Notes under the pieces: model-generated
Told to the model about the DNA's origin: nothing
Seen by the model: only the letters and a program-made list of their open reading frames with translations
Databases searched by the model: none
Shown: positions 17,720 to 31,900 of the stretch, one piece after another
How positions within the stretch are numbered: the stretch's first letter is position 1
Layout of the letters: every line of letters starts with the position of its first letter
Translations under genes and position numbers: made by a program
Assembly (NCBI RefSeq): GCF_009914755.1
Contig: NC_060929.1
From: the human T2T-CHM13v2.0 reference genome, Homo sapiens
DNA length: 64,000 nucleotides
Strand: one strand, 5' to 3'

Positions 17720-18285
17720 AATTCTGAATAGGTCACAATTCTTACTTGAATATGATTATAACTCATTAATTTAAACAGAAATGAAATTTATTGGCAGAGA
17801 ACTCAATTGCTCCAAACATGGAAAAGGTTGCTGAAAATCAAGCTCAGTAAGAATTAAATAAAAATCAAGAGAGCCACAGAACTTCCATAATTATCCACCT
17901 CAGAGCACTGCTGCTATCTGACAGGACGCTCACGGCCTTGTCCACTGTAGCCACTATGTCTGGACTGCTGCCACTGTCCTGCTGGATTCCATTTCACTGG
18001 CACACTTGGTACTGTGTTATTAGACGCTCCACTCTGTCGATTCTGCTATCAAAAATCTCTAAATGTCATCGCGCTTTTGCTTCATTTATTCAAGATTCAA
18101 AGTCGTTAGTGGTGGGAGAGAGGGAAGGCACATGGCTGTTGAGCTCAGTAAACATGTTGCCAAAAGGAAGGGATTATCCAGCCTTCTTCAGCTTCCATAG
18201 CAGATGGCTTGGTTGGCTTCTGCCTATCTTGAGATTTCTCCCAAATCAAAAGGGTAGCCAAAACAGGAAAAATGTTCAATGAACG
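17720..18285 (-). mobile_element. Ancient MaLR LTR (MLT1-type)
   Basis: aatttaaacagaaatgaaatttattgg start with internal tcaagattcaaagtc and cttcagcttccatag motifs. Confidence 0.45.
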
Positions 18286-18639
18286 TATTAAACAAAATGG
18301 TAAAAATAAATGAGGTAAAAAATAGAAGAAAAAAAGAAAATTAGAGATAGCTCAAATCTTTAGATCAACTAGTGTCAATATTTTAGTGTTCTTTATGAAT
18401 TTATTTTAATTTTAATGTGACAGTTACTCAACTTTGCTCTCTTTAAAGGCATGTTGTACACACATTTCACAAGCTTTAAGTAAAAGTTATATTTTTATTA
18501 AATTTGATTAATAATTTTTTTATTTAATAGGTGGCCTTAATAACCAAATAGAAGGAAACCTATATCCCTGCCTATAGAATCTAAGGAGGTCTTTGTGCAA
18601 CCAACAGTATACATATAATAAAAGACAAAGTAAAAATAA

Positions 18640-18860
18640 AGTAATAATAGTAGATAATTAGAGTCCTTACTTCATGCCTGGTAAGAGCAGAATGTCACAT
18701 GCATTGTGCTGGTGATTATCTCTAGGACTACGCAAGTTGTGTCATTGCAATTTAGCCAATCTAAGTACATAAACTCACACAAGCTTACATAGTTAGAAAC
18801 TGGTAGATAAGAACCAATCCTAGTCTTTCAGAAATAAGGCATTGCCCTCCTATAGCTATG
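18640..18860 (-). mobile_element. MIR (degenerate)
   Basis: Antisense MIR layout (aataatag...cttacttcatgcctgg...agcttacatagttagaaactgg). Confidence 0.4.
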
Positions 18861-19490
18861 TATGTGGGTATTTGATGACAACATTGTCTAAACAATTAAT
18901 TCCCCATGGTTAGTGTGAAATCTCATGAGAAATAAGAAAATTAATGTTATCACTAGTGCTGTATTCATATTCCTTATTTTTAGGGAGACTCAAATGAATG
19001 TGAAAATAAAACTAAATACAATGGTATACTGCCTTTAAATATATTGAATACGAACGTTTACTTTTAAAGAAATATTATAATACTTATTCTTTTCTATGTT
19101 ATTATTTTTATGTCTAACAGCAAAGATAAGTTAATGAAAAAGTATAAATACAGATAAATATTTTAAATATTGGAACTGTCATGATAAGATTTGTAAATTT
19201 AACTGAAAAAAAGCTTATCAACTTGGCCTTTACTTTCTCTGATTTTGCTTCATATAATAGACTTCACCTGAAACAGAGGTACAATTGTGCACAACATGAA
19301 AAATTGAGGTGCATATTAGGTGTTTAGAGTGTTTTTTCCATACACAGAAGGTCAGTAAAAGGGAGAATTAGCACCTAAATATTTTTATAGTGTAATTGTT
19401 AAAAATGTTCGATAAAAATGCAAATCAAACTTGTTTTTCGTAAATATGTAAATCACAATATTAGTGCAACCATCACATTAGCCTAACATA

Positions 19491-19651
19491 TTTTTTTAAT
19501 TTTTAATTTTTATGGGCACACAGTAGGTGTATGTATTTATAGTTCACATGAAATTTTTTGACACAAGAATGAAATGCATAATAATCACATCAGGATAAAT
19601 GTGGTATACATCACCTCAAGCATTTATCCTTTGTGTTAAGAACAAACCAAT
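19491..19651 (-). mobile_element. L1MA 3' end fragment
   Basis: tttaatttttatgggcacacagtaggtgtatgtatttat...aataatcacatcagg is the reverse complement of the terminus at 59500-59632. Confidence 0.8.
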
Positions 19652-19794
19652 AGCAGAAAGAATTTTGATTCAACATGAACATAATAATTTAGAAAATGAC
19701 CAAAATCAACCAGAAACTCAAAAAACTTTAAGCTAAAACATTCATCTGGTTTTTTAAAAATGGCTTATAATTATGCAGAATTCACTGAGTACTT

Positions 19795-20040
19795 TTTATT
19801 CATTTAGTAAAGAAAACATTTTTGAGTGCTTATTTTCTGTGTGAAACTAATTTGGATGCTGGAGATAATGTTATAACATTCAAAGACAGTCCCTGACTTT
19901 AGAGAGCTTACATCCTCTAGATGAAGAAATAAAACTACCAAGTAAGCAGACACAAATGAGTTAATTTCATATTGTGAGAAATACAAGGACATAAAACTGA
20001 GTGTGGGGAAGAGGATGACAAGGGAATATACGATGAGAAG
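19795..20040 (-). mobile_element. L2 3' end
   Basis: attcattt...acatttttgagtgcttatt...tgctggagata...cagtccctgactttagagagcttacatcct. Confidence 0.65.
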
Positions 20041-20349
20041 CAGCCAGTCATGAGGAAATTTAGAGTCAATGCATTCCATGATGGGCAAATGTCAATGTAT
20101 TTATATATGGACTCTCTATGTATTTTCCAAATGTCTACTATAATAATGAATGGTGCATATGGTAATTGCTCTTAAATTAAAAGAGAAAAAAATTTATATA
20201 CATAATATGTATTTTTTTCTTCTTCACCTCATCCTCTTCCTTGGATTATACATGCAAATGCTTAATCAATCAACCACAAACTCAATCAACTCCCTCTCTG
20301 TATACATATATGTATGTATACATGTGGTGGATACCACAATTAACCATTA

Positions 20350-20447
20350 TATTATTATTATGTGTCACATGTCTGTATCAAAATATTTCATGTATCCCAT
20401 TAATATATACACCTACTATGTACCTGCAAAAATTAAAAATTAAAATA
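20350..20447 (+). mobile_element. L1MA 3' end fragment
   Basis: tgtatcaaaatatttcatgtatcccattaatatatacacctactatgtacc...aaaattaaaaatt. Confidence 0.8.
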
Positions 20448-20481
20448 ATTATGTTATGCTAATGTGAAGGTTGCGCTAATA

Positions 20482-20602
20482 TTATGATATATATGCATAT
20501 ATATACACATCTACACACATACATGTATATGTACATATGCCTATGCATGCATGTATAGACATGTGTACATGTACATTTATAAACGTAGATACATATATGT
20601 AT
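20482..20602. repeat. Alternating purine-pyrimidine (TATG/CA) low-complexity tract
   Basis: Directly visible. Confidence 0.8.
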
Positions 20603-22109
20603 TTGGATTTATTTTCACAAACACACAAGCTCTGGATATACACAATGTTCTCTAGTAACAAGATGTTCCATGAAGTAGTAACTCTGTGGAATACATTGTC
20701 TAGATCAATGCCTGGCATAAGCCTCAGTAACCAGATGAAGTCACAGGCCTTTTATAAAAAGCTCTCTCTTAATTATGGCAAATGGGATGTTTACTTCTAC
20801 TAAAACCTCTCTTGAACCCCCCTTCTTATGTAACATCTCTGTGAAAGATAACATTCAGTTTCAGGACATAGAAAAAGAAAACGTGTCTGTCTTCTCAACA
20901 CACTCTGCTAGAAAATGCACATGGCTTTTTATTCAGAAAGGTTACTCCACTCAGAAGTTTCTCATCCTGTAGAAAATAATATATTGTGTTCAAATCCTTC
21001 ATTTATAAATATGTGCACTCTTTTTACTTGTTTAATATTTTACTGTAGACACATGATAGAAATATAAAAGCTAATTATACAAAATGAAGAACTTGATCCA
21101 TTTTAAGCCACAGGTAATTATAAAAAGAAAAACAAAGATTTTAAAGGTCAGGGAAACAGCCATCTGCTTAACAACCTGACCATCTGTGAAAGATAATTCA
21201 AGGCCAGTTCAAAACTCAGAGGGCCCTAAGTGTCACCCAGAAAGATGCCTTATATGTTATTCTGTACCTAAACTCAAGGTATAAGGCACAGATTGTATGA
21301 GTATTATTATCACCCATTTTTATTTATAAAGCAATTTAGATTTGCCTTGTTAATTACAGACGGTGCCCACTTTTTCATAATTAAAGTACTATGAAGAGAC
21401 ATTAAAGTTAAATGAAAAACATCATAATAATATGCACATTTATTATAATTAAAAATAATGCTCTATGTTTGATATTTTTGATAAAACTAGATATTTACAA
21501 AAGTATACGTTTCATTTATATCTACTATTATCTTTTTTAATTTAAAAATATATTAGTATAAAATATTTAAAAAATGCATACATAAGTAAAATTGAGTTTG
21601 TCTGCCAGCCATATAATAAAATATACGTCTCCTATTCATTCTCTCTCAGTACAATTCTTCAGACACAATAAATGTATAAACTTCAAAATACAATATAAAT
21701 ATAAATGTGCATGTGTTTGTGTCTGTTTGTGTGGCTGGTATTTTGAGTGGCTAAATTTAAAATTACACAGTATTTTGAAACATCATGGAGATTTCCTAAT
21801 AAAATATTAGGCACATTCTTCCATTGTACATCTTTGTTATTATACCTTTTACAGATGTTTAATTAAAAAATACTTTTCCTTCAGGTTAACTTATTCTCAG
21901 CATTTGTAACTTTTTCTTTTATCTTCTGCAAGTATGCTTTTCTTCCATTGTTTAGCCTAGTTATCTTTTTAAAATTTTATAGAATATGTATTATTCAGTT
22001 GAGGGTGAATTATTCTCATAACAAATCAAATTAATGATTATTTTATAATTGCTGTTAGTTCCTTGGTCAGTCTTAGATTTCAAACAATAAAAGTGCACCA
22101 TCTGAAAGT

Positions 22110-22230
22110 GTCCTTCAGTAACAAATATTAAGCTCCATGTCTGCACAGAATGGAGTTCTAGCCATTGAGGATACAGAAGTGAACAAGAGATGAGTTTCTC
22201 CTTCTCATGGAACTAGCATCTTAAAGGGAT
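22110..22230 (-). mobile_element. L2 3' end
   Basis: aacaaatattaagctccatgtctgc...ctagccattgaggatacagaagtgaacaaga...ctcatggaactagcatct. Confidence 0.6.
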
Positions 22231-22248
22231 AACTTAAGAAAGCAATGA

Positions 22249-22552
<304 letters not shown>

Positions 22553-22659
22553 GCAATAAATAAATGTTCTGTGGTTAAATAGGAAAAATCAGCACTTTAA
22601 AATTATTGTAATCCAAAATTAAATCTTGGATTATAGGTATCTATTTTCTGATCTCTTCT

Positions 22660-22870
22660 ATTGTTTTCTCAATTAAGCATAGGCACATGTATCAGTAGTT
22701 TCTTCAAAACCAATTTTGTTATGTCTTCTTTAAGAAATCTTTCAAGACTTCAAGGTATAAAAAATTTCAATTATATTTTCTAATCAGCGTCTTCAAGGTG
22801 GTTTATTTGTTGTTGTTATCATTGTTGGAGTTTTTAACTCTAAGATATTAGCCCCTGTGTAGTTGGTCTT

Positions 22871-22902
<32 letters not shown>

Positions 22903-23760
22903 CATACATACATACATTGCCCATTTTTGAGTAGAGTCCATCTTTTTAATGTCATTTTTTTCCAGCTCCATTTCTTTCAACTGCCCCTTCTTTCATAACT
23001 GACCTGAGAAGCAACCTCTGTCATCTACCAAAATTACCTGTTTATGGATTCTCTATTCTACTCCATCGATTAATCCTGAGTCAATATCACAGTATCAACA
23101 TTAACATTGCTTCATAGTAAGTCCCAGTATCATGAACAGCAAGTTGCCCCTCTTAATCCTTTCGAAAAATGACCTGACTATAGTCAATACTTTAAATATT
23201 TGAGAATTTTTTAAATTCTCAATTATTTTAATTTGAGAATTTAATTTTAAATTGAGAATTTAAAATTCTCAAAAATTTTAAATTAAGATCCATAAATTAA
23301 GATCCAAAACCTACTGCATTGATTATATTTAAATTTGGGGCCAATTCTCAGCTTCTTATTATTTATTCTTACTATTCACGACATCGGATATGTCTGTCTT
23401 TAGTTGCATCTGTTATAATAAATTGCAATAAAGCTTTATTTTTTTCTGGAAGAAGTCTCAAATCTGTTTTACAGCTTAACAAGTGAAATGGGATAACAAG
23501 AAAAATGTAGCTTTGAAGTTGTAATTTTATTATGTGTTGATTAAACTTTGGTTATGCTGAATTTTTGAAACTAAATGTTCATATGGCAGATGGATATCCT
23601 TAAGTAGGCAACTTAAATGCACTATTTTATTTTCACTAGGTTTTTTTTAATCGTAAGCATAAACAGGTTTATCCATTTTCTCTGACACCTACTTCTATGC
23701 ATACCAGAAAATCTAGAAATATTGATTTATTACTAACTCATCAATTTATCTGTAGATTTA
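22660..23760 (-). mobile_element. Ancient L1M ORF2 fragment containing (TACA)n at 22874-22916
   Basis: Degenerate antisense ORF2 motifs (ttaagaaatctt...aaggt; tttatggattctctattctactccat; gcttcatagtaagtc). Confidence 0.55.
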
Positions 23761-23805
23761 TTTGATAATTCATTTATTAAGTAGTAATTTACTATGAAAA
23801 TACTA

Positions 23806-23988
<183 letters not shown>

Positions 23989-24206
23989 TTAATATTATCA
24001 TAAACATTTATGTAATAAATAATAATGGCAAGACCAGATTGTAATACTGAAATTTGTTTTAATTTTCTTGCTCTTAAAGTATATTCTGATTATACTAATT
24101 ATTTAATGTTTTTTTTAAAAAGTAACTCTATGTATAAGCTCATTTAAATGAGTAAAAGTCAAATTTGATGGTAAAATATTTCACCTCTATTCCATGAAGA
24201 ATATAG

Positions 24207-24236
24207 TGTGTGTGTGTGTGTGTGGGTGGGTGTGTG
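24207..24236. repeat. (TG)n microsatellite
   Basis: Directly visible. Confidence 0.9.
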
Positions 24237-25029
24237 ATTTAAATATACAAATATATAAAAGGAGAAAACGAAGAACAAAGCAGCTTTCTTAATGAAAAGG
24301 TATTAAGAAAATAAAAGTCAATTTCCAGTTGACTGTTTGGAATTAAGGAGTTTTTTTTGGGAGAAGGTTATTTTAAGAAAAAATAAAAATCAGATGTATT
24401 TGGGAATGCATAGGGTGCATTTATTTATTTTTACACTACTATAAAAGCTTTATGATTTTGATGAACAAATATAGAAGCATTTTATAAATGACAGTCTCAA
24501 GGCTCTTAGAAAAAAAAAAAAAAGCAAGCACATATATCAGCTGACAAAGCATGTTTATGACCTAGAAATGACACTGTCACCAGTGATTAAGACCTACAAG
24601 TAAGACCAGTTCGTGCCTGTAATTTGAAATTGCTTAGCATCAGATACCTTTTATGTGTGTAAAATAGCCAGAAAAGTAATTGGTTCTACTTATAGCAAAA
24701 GCAAGTTCAGCATTTTGAGTATTTTTTTCTTTCCCTAACTGATGTACATTTTATCTCCACTCAGCTGAGGCAAATGAAAAAAAAAAAAGAAAAAAAAAGA
24801 GGTTTGACTCAGCATTTGTACTCAGATTCATTAGTGAACTGAAGAAGGGAAAATCTAAACCCTTTTCCCCTACTCCCTATTTAAAAATTCAAATGATATC
24901 AAACAGAAATATTCCCAAAAGTATGTTGAAGTAAACAGAAAAAGAAAGTACTTTTTATTAAGGTAAATTCTTCCTATCATTAATGCAGTGGTTTATAAGG
25001 AGATATTCGACTTCTCTTAGGATTTAAGT

Positions 25030-25203
25030 AATGTTTGGGGAAATTTTTAATCACCTAGGGAGCATTTTAGAAAATACTATTCCGAAGACATGCACCCAGA
25101 GATGATGTTTTAATTGATCTCTTAAGAAGACTTAGAAATAGCATTGCATTTCTAAAAGCTGCCAGTGCCTTTCTCATGTGTACTAAGGATGAAAACCACT
25201 GTT
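25030..25203. mobile_element. MER5-type hAT-Charlie DNA transposon
   Basis: aatcacctagggagcattttagaaaatac...cccagagat...tgcatttctaaaagct...gaaaaccactg. Confidence 0.65.
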
Positions 25204-25906
25204 CTAATATATTCCCCACTGCTCTCACTCAACTTTGGAAGTCATTAATTTCTTTAGACCACTAGGGTATTAGAGTCAGCTATAGATTATCTAAACCTAC
25301 ACGCCTAATCTCTGATGATGAATAGGTAAAAAGGTATTTGTCTTTGGATTTTGAATATGAGATCCATATTCAAACACAGACCTGCTAAGGGGCAACAGTG
25401 TAAAAGCAATTATATGATCTATCTGACTTGCACTCCACAGTTAGCCCTTCTGTCAACAGTTTATGAAACACATGTTGATGACAAAGAGGGGGAAGCCATA
25501 AGTCATTTATAAAACTATTATCAGGGTAAAACCTCCTAAGCATCCTTTCCACCTGTTGACTTCCACTTTCCTTCTCATTCTGGAAAATTAAAGACTGTGG
25601 GACAAAAATCGTAACTCTACCTTGACGCAGAGATGTAGTTGCTGCCTTTGTTTTCTCTATCTTATTCAAACACAGTTGGCTACAAATGAAGTGTTTGAAT
25701 GACTTCAACTTCTGAGGATTACAAAAGTAGAAATAGTATCCACAGCCTATGCTAATAAATGACTTTAAAAATATGATGGGAGAGAAGACAAATTTTTATT
25801 TTAAAAATATGATAAAAGCTTAGAAAACAGAGTAGAATATCTTCCTCTAAACATATGCAAATAATTATAATAGCTCACATTTCTTGAATGTTTTTGTGCT
25901 GGTACT

Positions 25907-26280
25907 TGTGATGGACATTTATTGCTTGCCTTCCCAGAACCCATCATTAATATACAAATATAGTACAGATAATACACATACACATATTTACGGAGCTTTC
26001 TCCTTTCTCTCCTACCTTGTTGTTTCATTAGGGACTAATTGTCTTGATACTACAATGCTCTGGCCACAAGGGGAGGATCAGATGCAAGCCAGTATACTCA
26101 AAATTCTTTTCTGTGGATTAAAAGCAAACAGAGGTGCATATTAGCAGCCCATCACTTTATTCCAGACATTGCTAATTCCTAGGTATGTTCTTGCCTGTTT
26201 TGCAAGTGTCTTTACCAGATATAAAATTTCCACTATTGGCTTACGCCAATTGGAGCTGTGATTCTATTTGCAACACAATT
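25907..26280 (+). mobile_element. Ancient ERVL/MaLR LTR remnant
   Basis: tgtgatggacattt start; cttacgccaattggagctgtgattctatttgcaac resembles an MLT1/LTR16 3' end. Confidence 0.4.
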
Positions 26281-26369
26281 TTTTTCAATGCTGTACTATA
26301 AATGCATCGTGACATTTAATACTGTATTTGGAAGTATGATGTAGAGAATTTAAAAAAAAAAGGATCATG

Positions 26370-26710
26370 GCATTATAACTTACTAGTTGTAAGAATTTTA
26401 GGCAAGGTAATTCATTACTTTTAAGCCTATATATCTTCATGTCTAAAATAGAGAATATGTAACAACTTTCCTCATCATGTTATTGTATTAGATGGAATTC
26501 TGTGCATAATGCAGGCAGTCAGGTACATAAAAACTAATACAAACATTAATATTATTGTTCACAGATATTTTAGTTCAGTAATGTATTTTCAGTTTTACAT
26601 ATAAATAAACAACCTCAGAAAGGTTAAAATAACTTGTCTAATTTTGTAATAATATATAAGTGATTAGAAATTGAAACTTTACTTGCATAGCACAAACTCA
26701 AAATCTGCAC
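26370..26710. mobile_element. Two MIR fragments (+ then -)
   Basis: acttactagttgt...ggcaagg...cttcatgtctaaaatagagaat on +; ttttacatataaataaac...cctcagaaaggttaaaataacttg on -. Confidence 0.6.
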
Positions 26711-26711
26711 T

Positions 26712-28130
26712 GTTTTTTTATAATTTGAAATAAAGCATGAATGCAAACACACAGACATCAAAACATAAAGTAACAAGTCATAAATAGAGTTATTTACATA
26801 AATAAGTGTATATTAACACTTCCTGAATGCAGAGTGAATACACTCACGTAATCTCTGCCCATATAAAAAATGAAATATTTGTAGCATCCCAAAATAGCCC
26901 TCATATGGGCCCTGTCAAAAAATTCTCCATTCTGGTGACCACCATGTTTAAATGTGCCTGTTTCTTATTTTTGTATGAATGAAATTAAATAATATTTACT
27001 GTGGTACATCAGGGTCTTTAATAAGAGCTTTCCATGCGAAATGTAGGATTAGTGTGGTCATCTAAATTGCTATTTGGTGTTACATTGTATGGGCATTGTG
27101 TATCTATTCCAAAATCTATCTATCCATTCTATTTGTGAGAATAACTTTTTTTTTTCCATTTTGAGGATATTGCAAATAGTGCTTTTATGAATATCCCTAT
27201 ACATATCTGTTGGCGTGTGTTTGTATGCATTGCTATCATATGTATATCTGGAGTGGAATTTCTGACACATAGGTTGTGCATATGCTCATTGCAATGGAGT
27301 TGTTGCAATATTTACTTTCTCCTCCAATAATGCCTGTTGGTTACAATTGCCCTTTCTCCTCATCAGCACTTGGAATTGTCAGTCCTCTCCCCACACCCTC
27401 TCCCCACCTCCCCACCCTCATCTACCACATGAGCATGCTCTGGCGATTGAGGAGTGACATATCGCATTGAGTTTTATTTTAAAATCTGATATGTTTGCTA
27501 ACATTTTCACTATTTTTGTTTTGTGAAGTGCGATTTTAAGTCTCTTAGGCATTTACCTTTATATTTTCAATCTTATATTTTTTTATTTTTAATCTTTTCC
27601 CATAATGTCTTCTTCTCCCCTTCCGTGGCTTATTTCTTGTTTCTTTTTGTTTGTTTGTTTTTTTCCTCTTAATAGTGCCATTTTATGATGTTTTAAATTT
27701 TAATATAATTCAAATTATCAGTCATTTTGGTGTCATATTTAGGAAACCTCTGCCAGTCTTATGATCATAAAATGAACATTATCTTTAAATATCTAAAATT
27801 TTTGGTTTTATATTTTGACCATGGTCTATTTGACTTATTGCTATTTGCTTGAATGTGTGGTGTGGGTTCAAGAATCACATTCTACCTATGGATATACAAT
27901 TAACCCAGAAACATTTATTGATGAGACTATCCTTTCCCATTATTGTACAATGCCAATTTTTAATAAATCAAGAGACTATGTTAGTATAGGTCTCTTATTG
28001 AACTGTTTACACTGATATATTGATCTTTTTATTTATTCTTATGTCAATTACAGCCTCCTGATTACTGTTGATTTATAACAAATATTGATATATAGCAGTG
28101 TATATCATCCAGTATTGTTCTTACTTAAAG
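26712..28130 (-). mobile_element. L1ME-type 3' region
   Basis: Antisense L1ME 3'UTR and ORF2-end motifs (agagtgaatacactcacgtaa; tatgaatatccctatacatatc; ggagtggaatt; atacaattaacccagaaacatttattga). Confidence 0.7.
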
Positions 28131-28439
28131 ACCACCCTATGATATTATACTGTAACTTATGACCAATACTCCTCCACCAGTATGTGAACGTCTGGGTGAA
28201 GGTATTCAATAGATACTGATTGAATTGATATAATTTAATTACCAGAACAAAAGACCTTCCGTATCAGTAAATTTCTACCTGTGGCTTCCACCAATAAGTC
28301 ATCAACCTCTGAAGCACTAGCTGAAACCAAAAAAAGCTACTATATTTGTTCTTTAAAAGGCAGTGTTAGCAAAATTAATTTTTCTTATCAACTGATATAT
28401 CTGGAATTTAATTTTTGAAAAGTGAACAAAATATTTTTA

Positions 28440-28605
28440 ATTACTGTAATTAGTTTACTATTCAGAATATGACTCAGGAATACCCAAATGGAAGAGTTGC
28501 ATGAGGTAAGGTAAGGTGAAAGAATCACAGAGCTTACATGACCTCCCAAGGCATACCACCCTCTTAGCACCTTAATATGGTCACCAACTTGAGAAGCTGC
28601 AGAAA
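28440..28605 (-). mobile_element. MER21-like LTR fragment
   Basis: aaatggaagagttgcatgaggtaagg...cagagcttacatgacctc...ccaccctcttagcacct...caccaacttgagaagct. Confidence 0.55.
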
Positions 28606-28934
28606 ACTTTAATTTTGTCTTTCGGTTCCTCACTTAACCTGCCAGAATGTGGTATCTAAAATGAAAATTTCACAGAAGGAGAGACAATACCTAGTTCACT
28701 GCTATATCAACTATATGTACAGCAGAGTGGAACCTATAATAGATGTTCTATACATATTTGTTTCTAATGAATACATATATAATTGTATATATATTATCAA
28801 TTAGCTATTTCAGTGTGTAGGAACTTGTCAAACAAAAATGCAAGCAAAAGCTTCTGATTTATTCTACATATGTACTGGTGTTACTTAATGATAAGCATCC
28901 CCAGGTTTTTTATTTGTTTGGTTTTGTCTTTGTA

Positions 28935-31900
28935 TTTTCAAGATGGCCAACTGGGGCCATGGCATGCCAGTTCTCTTCAGAAAGAAGATAAAAATTACCT
29001 TTCACTGGAAAACATTGAACAGAAAATGGAGAGAAGAGAGCCAGGACCTGTAGGAGCACCCATAAGAAGAAGCTGGGATACCACAGAAAAATGAAACAGC
29101 CAGAGCCTTGCTGAGATTGATGCCAGAGGAACTTAGAGCCCAGTGGAAATGGTAGGTGGAAGTGCTTCTCTGCTCCCTTCAACCCTCTGACAATATGCCT
29201 CCTGCTAAATTTTTGGTGAGTCCCTTTGCCCTCATGAAACAGGGCAACACTATTGATGGTAATTAGAGGATTTCTGAGGAGCAGAGAACCAAATAGCTAA
29301 TTTGCTCAGCCATGCCCATTCTTCCCTCAGACCCAAATTGACAGCAAGCAGCATACCAACTGTGCATTCATGGTGTCATTGTCCTGCCTGGGAATCCTCC
29401 ACCCTTGAGCACCAGTGAACCTCCAGATCCGCAAACGTACCTCACAAAGGGCACTGACTTTGGCAGGCACAGGGGACCTGCAGTTCCCCAGAGAGCTGTG
29501 GGTCTCTTGGAGATCTAGCCCTTGGCACAAGCCACCTGTAAGGGAGGGAAAGTTCAGCCACCAAAGTCTCCCTTGGACAAAGGAAACACAGGTGTGTAGC
29601 CAATCATTGAAGTGGTCAGCACCAATACCTGGGAGTGAATGTAGCCGGGGGATCATCTCCCACCCCTCCATGTCCATTATACATTGTTTCAAGTGCAGCA
29701 GCAATTCTTCCCACTGGGGCCTGGCAACTGTGCATGGAAAGAAAACATGTCTCACACCCCTGTTCACCCCACAAAAGATAGCCTACACCTGCTCAGGCTT
29801 TCAAAATTGCAGAGCCCAACTCCCGTTCCCTACACAGACCAGCAGTGGCCTGGCAATGAGAGGACAGGCCACAGAGCTGCCTTCCTTGCACTAAAAGAAG
29901 ATGCTCTGCTTGGAATCTCATTCCGGAGGTAGCCATCATAAAGGCGGATCTGCAGTCCGCAGCTGCATTGCACCTGGAAACCAAAGGACAACGCCTTTTA
30001 AACAGTAAGTCATTAGCCCCATGACAGGTGAATGTTAGGGAAGTGGATCACATTTCTGCCAGCTCAAAATGAGAAGCTGGTGCATTCCCCAGTGCTATCC
30101 CCAAGGCTTCAGAGCACCCAATCACAGTTTCTTCCTGCCACCTCCATCAGGGTGGATGTGACAACTCCACACCAGCCTACTAGCTGGCTCCTACTGTTAA
30201 GCATCGTCTACTAGAGGGAAGCCCGAACTGCACCATCAAAAAATTATGTGTGCCTGCAACAAACAGCATCTAAGAAAGCCACCTGATGAAACCTATCCCA
30301 GGCAAGGAACCCATATAGAGTCTTGGCCTCCTGCAAACACCCGAAAATTAAGCCAAATGCTCATACACAACATACATGATAGTTGTATGCTCAAGGAAAA
30401 AAAAAGAATTTAAAAAATAAGAAAAGCCCCATTCAAATGATAGCAAATTCAAAAATAAGACGTGACACTTCCCTCAGATGAGAATTAATCAGCATCTACG
30501 TAATGACTCTGGCGGTACAAAACCAGAGTGTTCTGACACTTCCAAAATATCGCAGTAGCTCCCTAGCAACCGGATTGAAATGTCTGAAATGATAGATGAA
30601 GAATTCAAAAGATGGACTGCAAGGAAACTCAATGAGATCCAATAGAATGTTGAAATTTAATACAAAGAAGCTGAAAAAATGATTCAGAATATGAAAGACA
30701 TTATAGCTATATTAAGGAAGAACCAAACAGAACATCTGGAATTAAAAAATTCACCACAAGAATTTCAAATCACAGTTGTGAGACTTAGCAATACACTAGA
30801 CAAACCAGAAGAAAGAATTTCAGAGCTTGAAGGCTAGTTTTCATGAATTAATCAATTCAAGATTTTAATAAAATGAACAAAGCCATCAAGAAATGTGGGA
30901 TTAGGGAAAGTGATCAAACGTATGTCTTGGCATTCCTGAAACAGAAGAAGAAAAAGTAACCCACATAGAAAACATATTTGAGGGAATAATTAAGGAAGAT
31001 TTCCTCAATCTTGCTAGAGATGTTGACATCTAAAACAATAAATTCAGAAAACTACTAGGAGATACTACAAAACATAACCATCCTCAAGGCACATAGTCAT
31101 TAGACTATACAACATGAATGCAAAAGAAAAAAAAAATCTTAAAGGCAGTTAGAGAAAAGGACCAAATTACCTGTAATAGAAATCCCATAAGACTAATAGT
31201 GCACATCTTAGCAGACACTTTACAAGGCAGAAGAGATTAGAGGCCTATTTTTACCCTTCTCAAAGAAAAAAAAGAAACAGCCAAAAATTTTATATTTCGC
31301 CAAAGTAAGCTTCATAAACAATAGAGAAATAATGTACTTTCCAGAGAAACAAATACGAAGGAAATCTGTTACCACCAGGCAAACCCTACAAGAAATGCTA
31401 AAAGGAGTTGTAGACATAGAAACAAAAGAACAATACCTGCTACCATAAAAGAAAATGTAAGTGCAAAGCCCACAGACCCTATAAAGCAAATATACAATTG
31501 AGACTACAAAGCAACTAGCTAACAACACTATGACAGAAACAAAATCTCACATATTAATATTAACCTAGGACATAGCTTAAATTCTCCACTTAAAAGACAT
31601 AGAGTAGTAAATTAAATAAAAAAAACAAGACCCAACCTTCTTTTGCCTTCAAGAGACACTTCTCACATATAAGGACACCCATACACTCAAAGTAAAAAGA
31701 TGGAGAGATATATCATGCGAATGGAAAATGAAAAAGATCAAAGGTGGTCATTCTTGTATCAGATAAAATGTACTTTAAACCAACAACAGTAAAAGAAAAT
31801 AAAGAAAAGCATAACACAAAGTGGTAAATTCAACAAGAAGATTTATCTATCCTAAATATATATGCAGTTGATATTGCTGCACTCAGATTTATAGAGCAAT

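Noticed and set aside
29327-29984. ORFs of 146-159 aa on both strands
   Set aside because: Located in the old L1 5'UTR.
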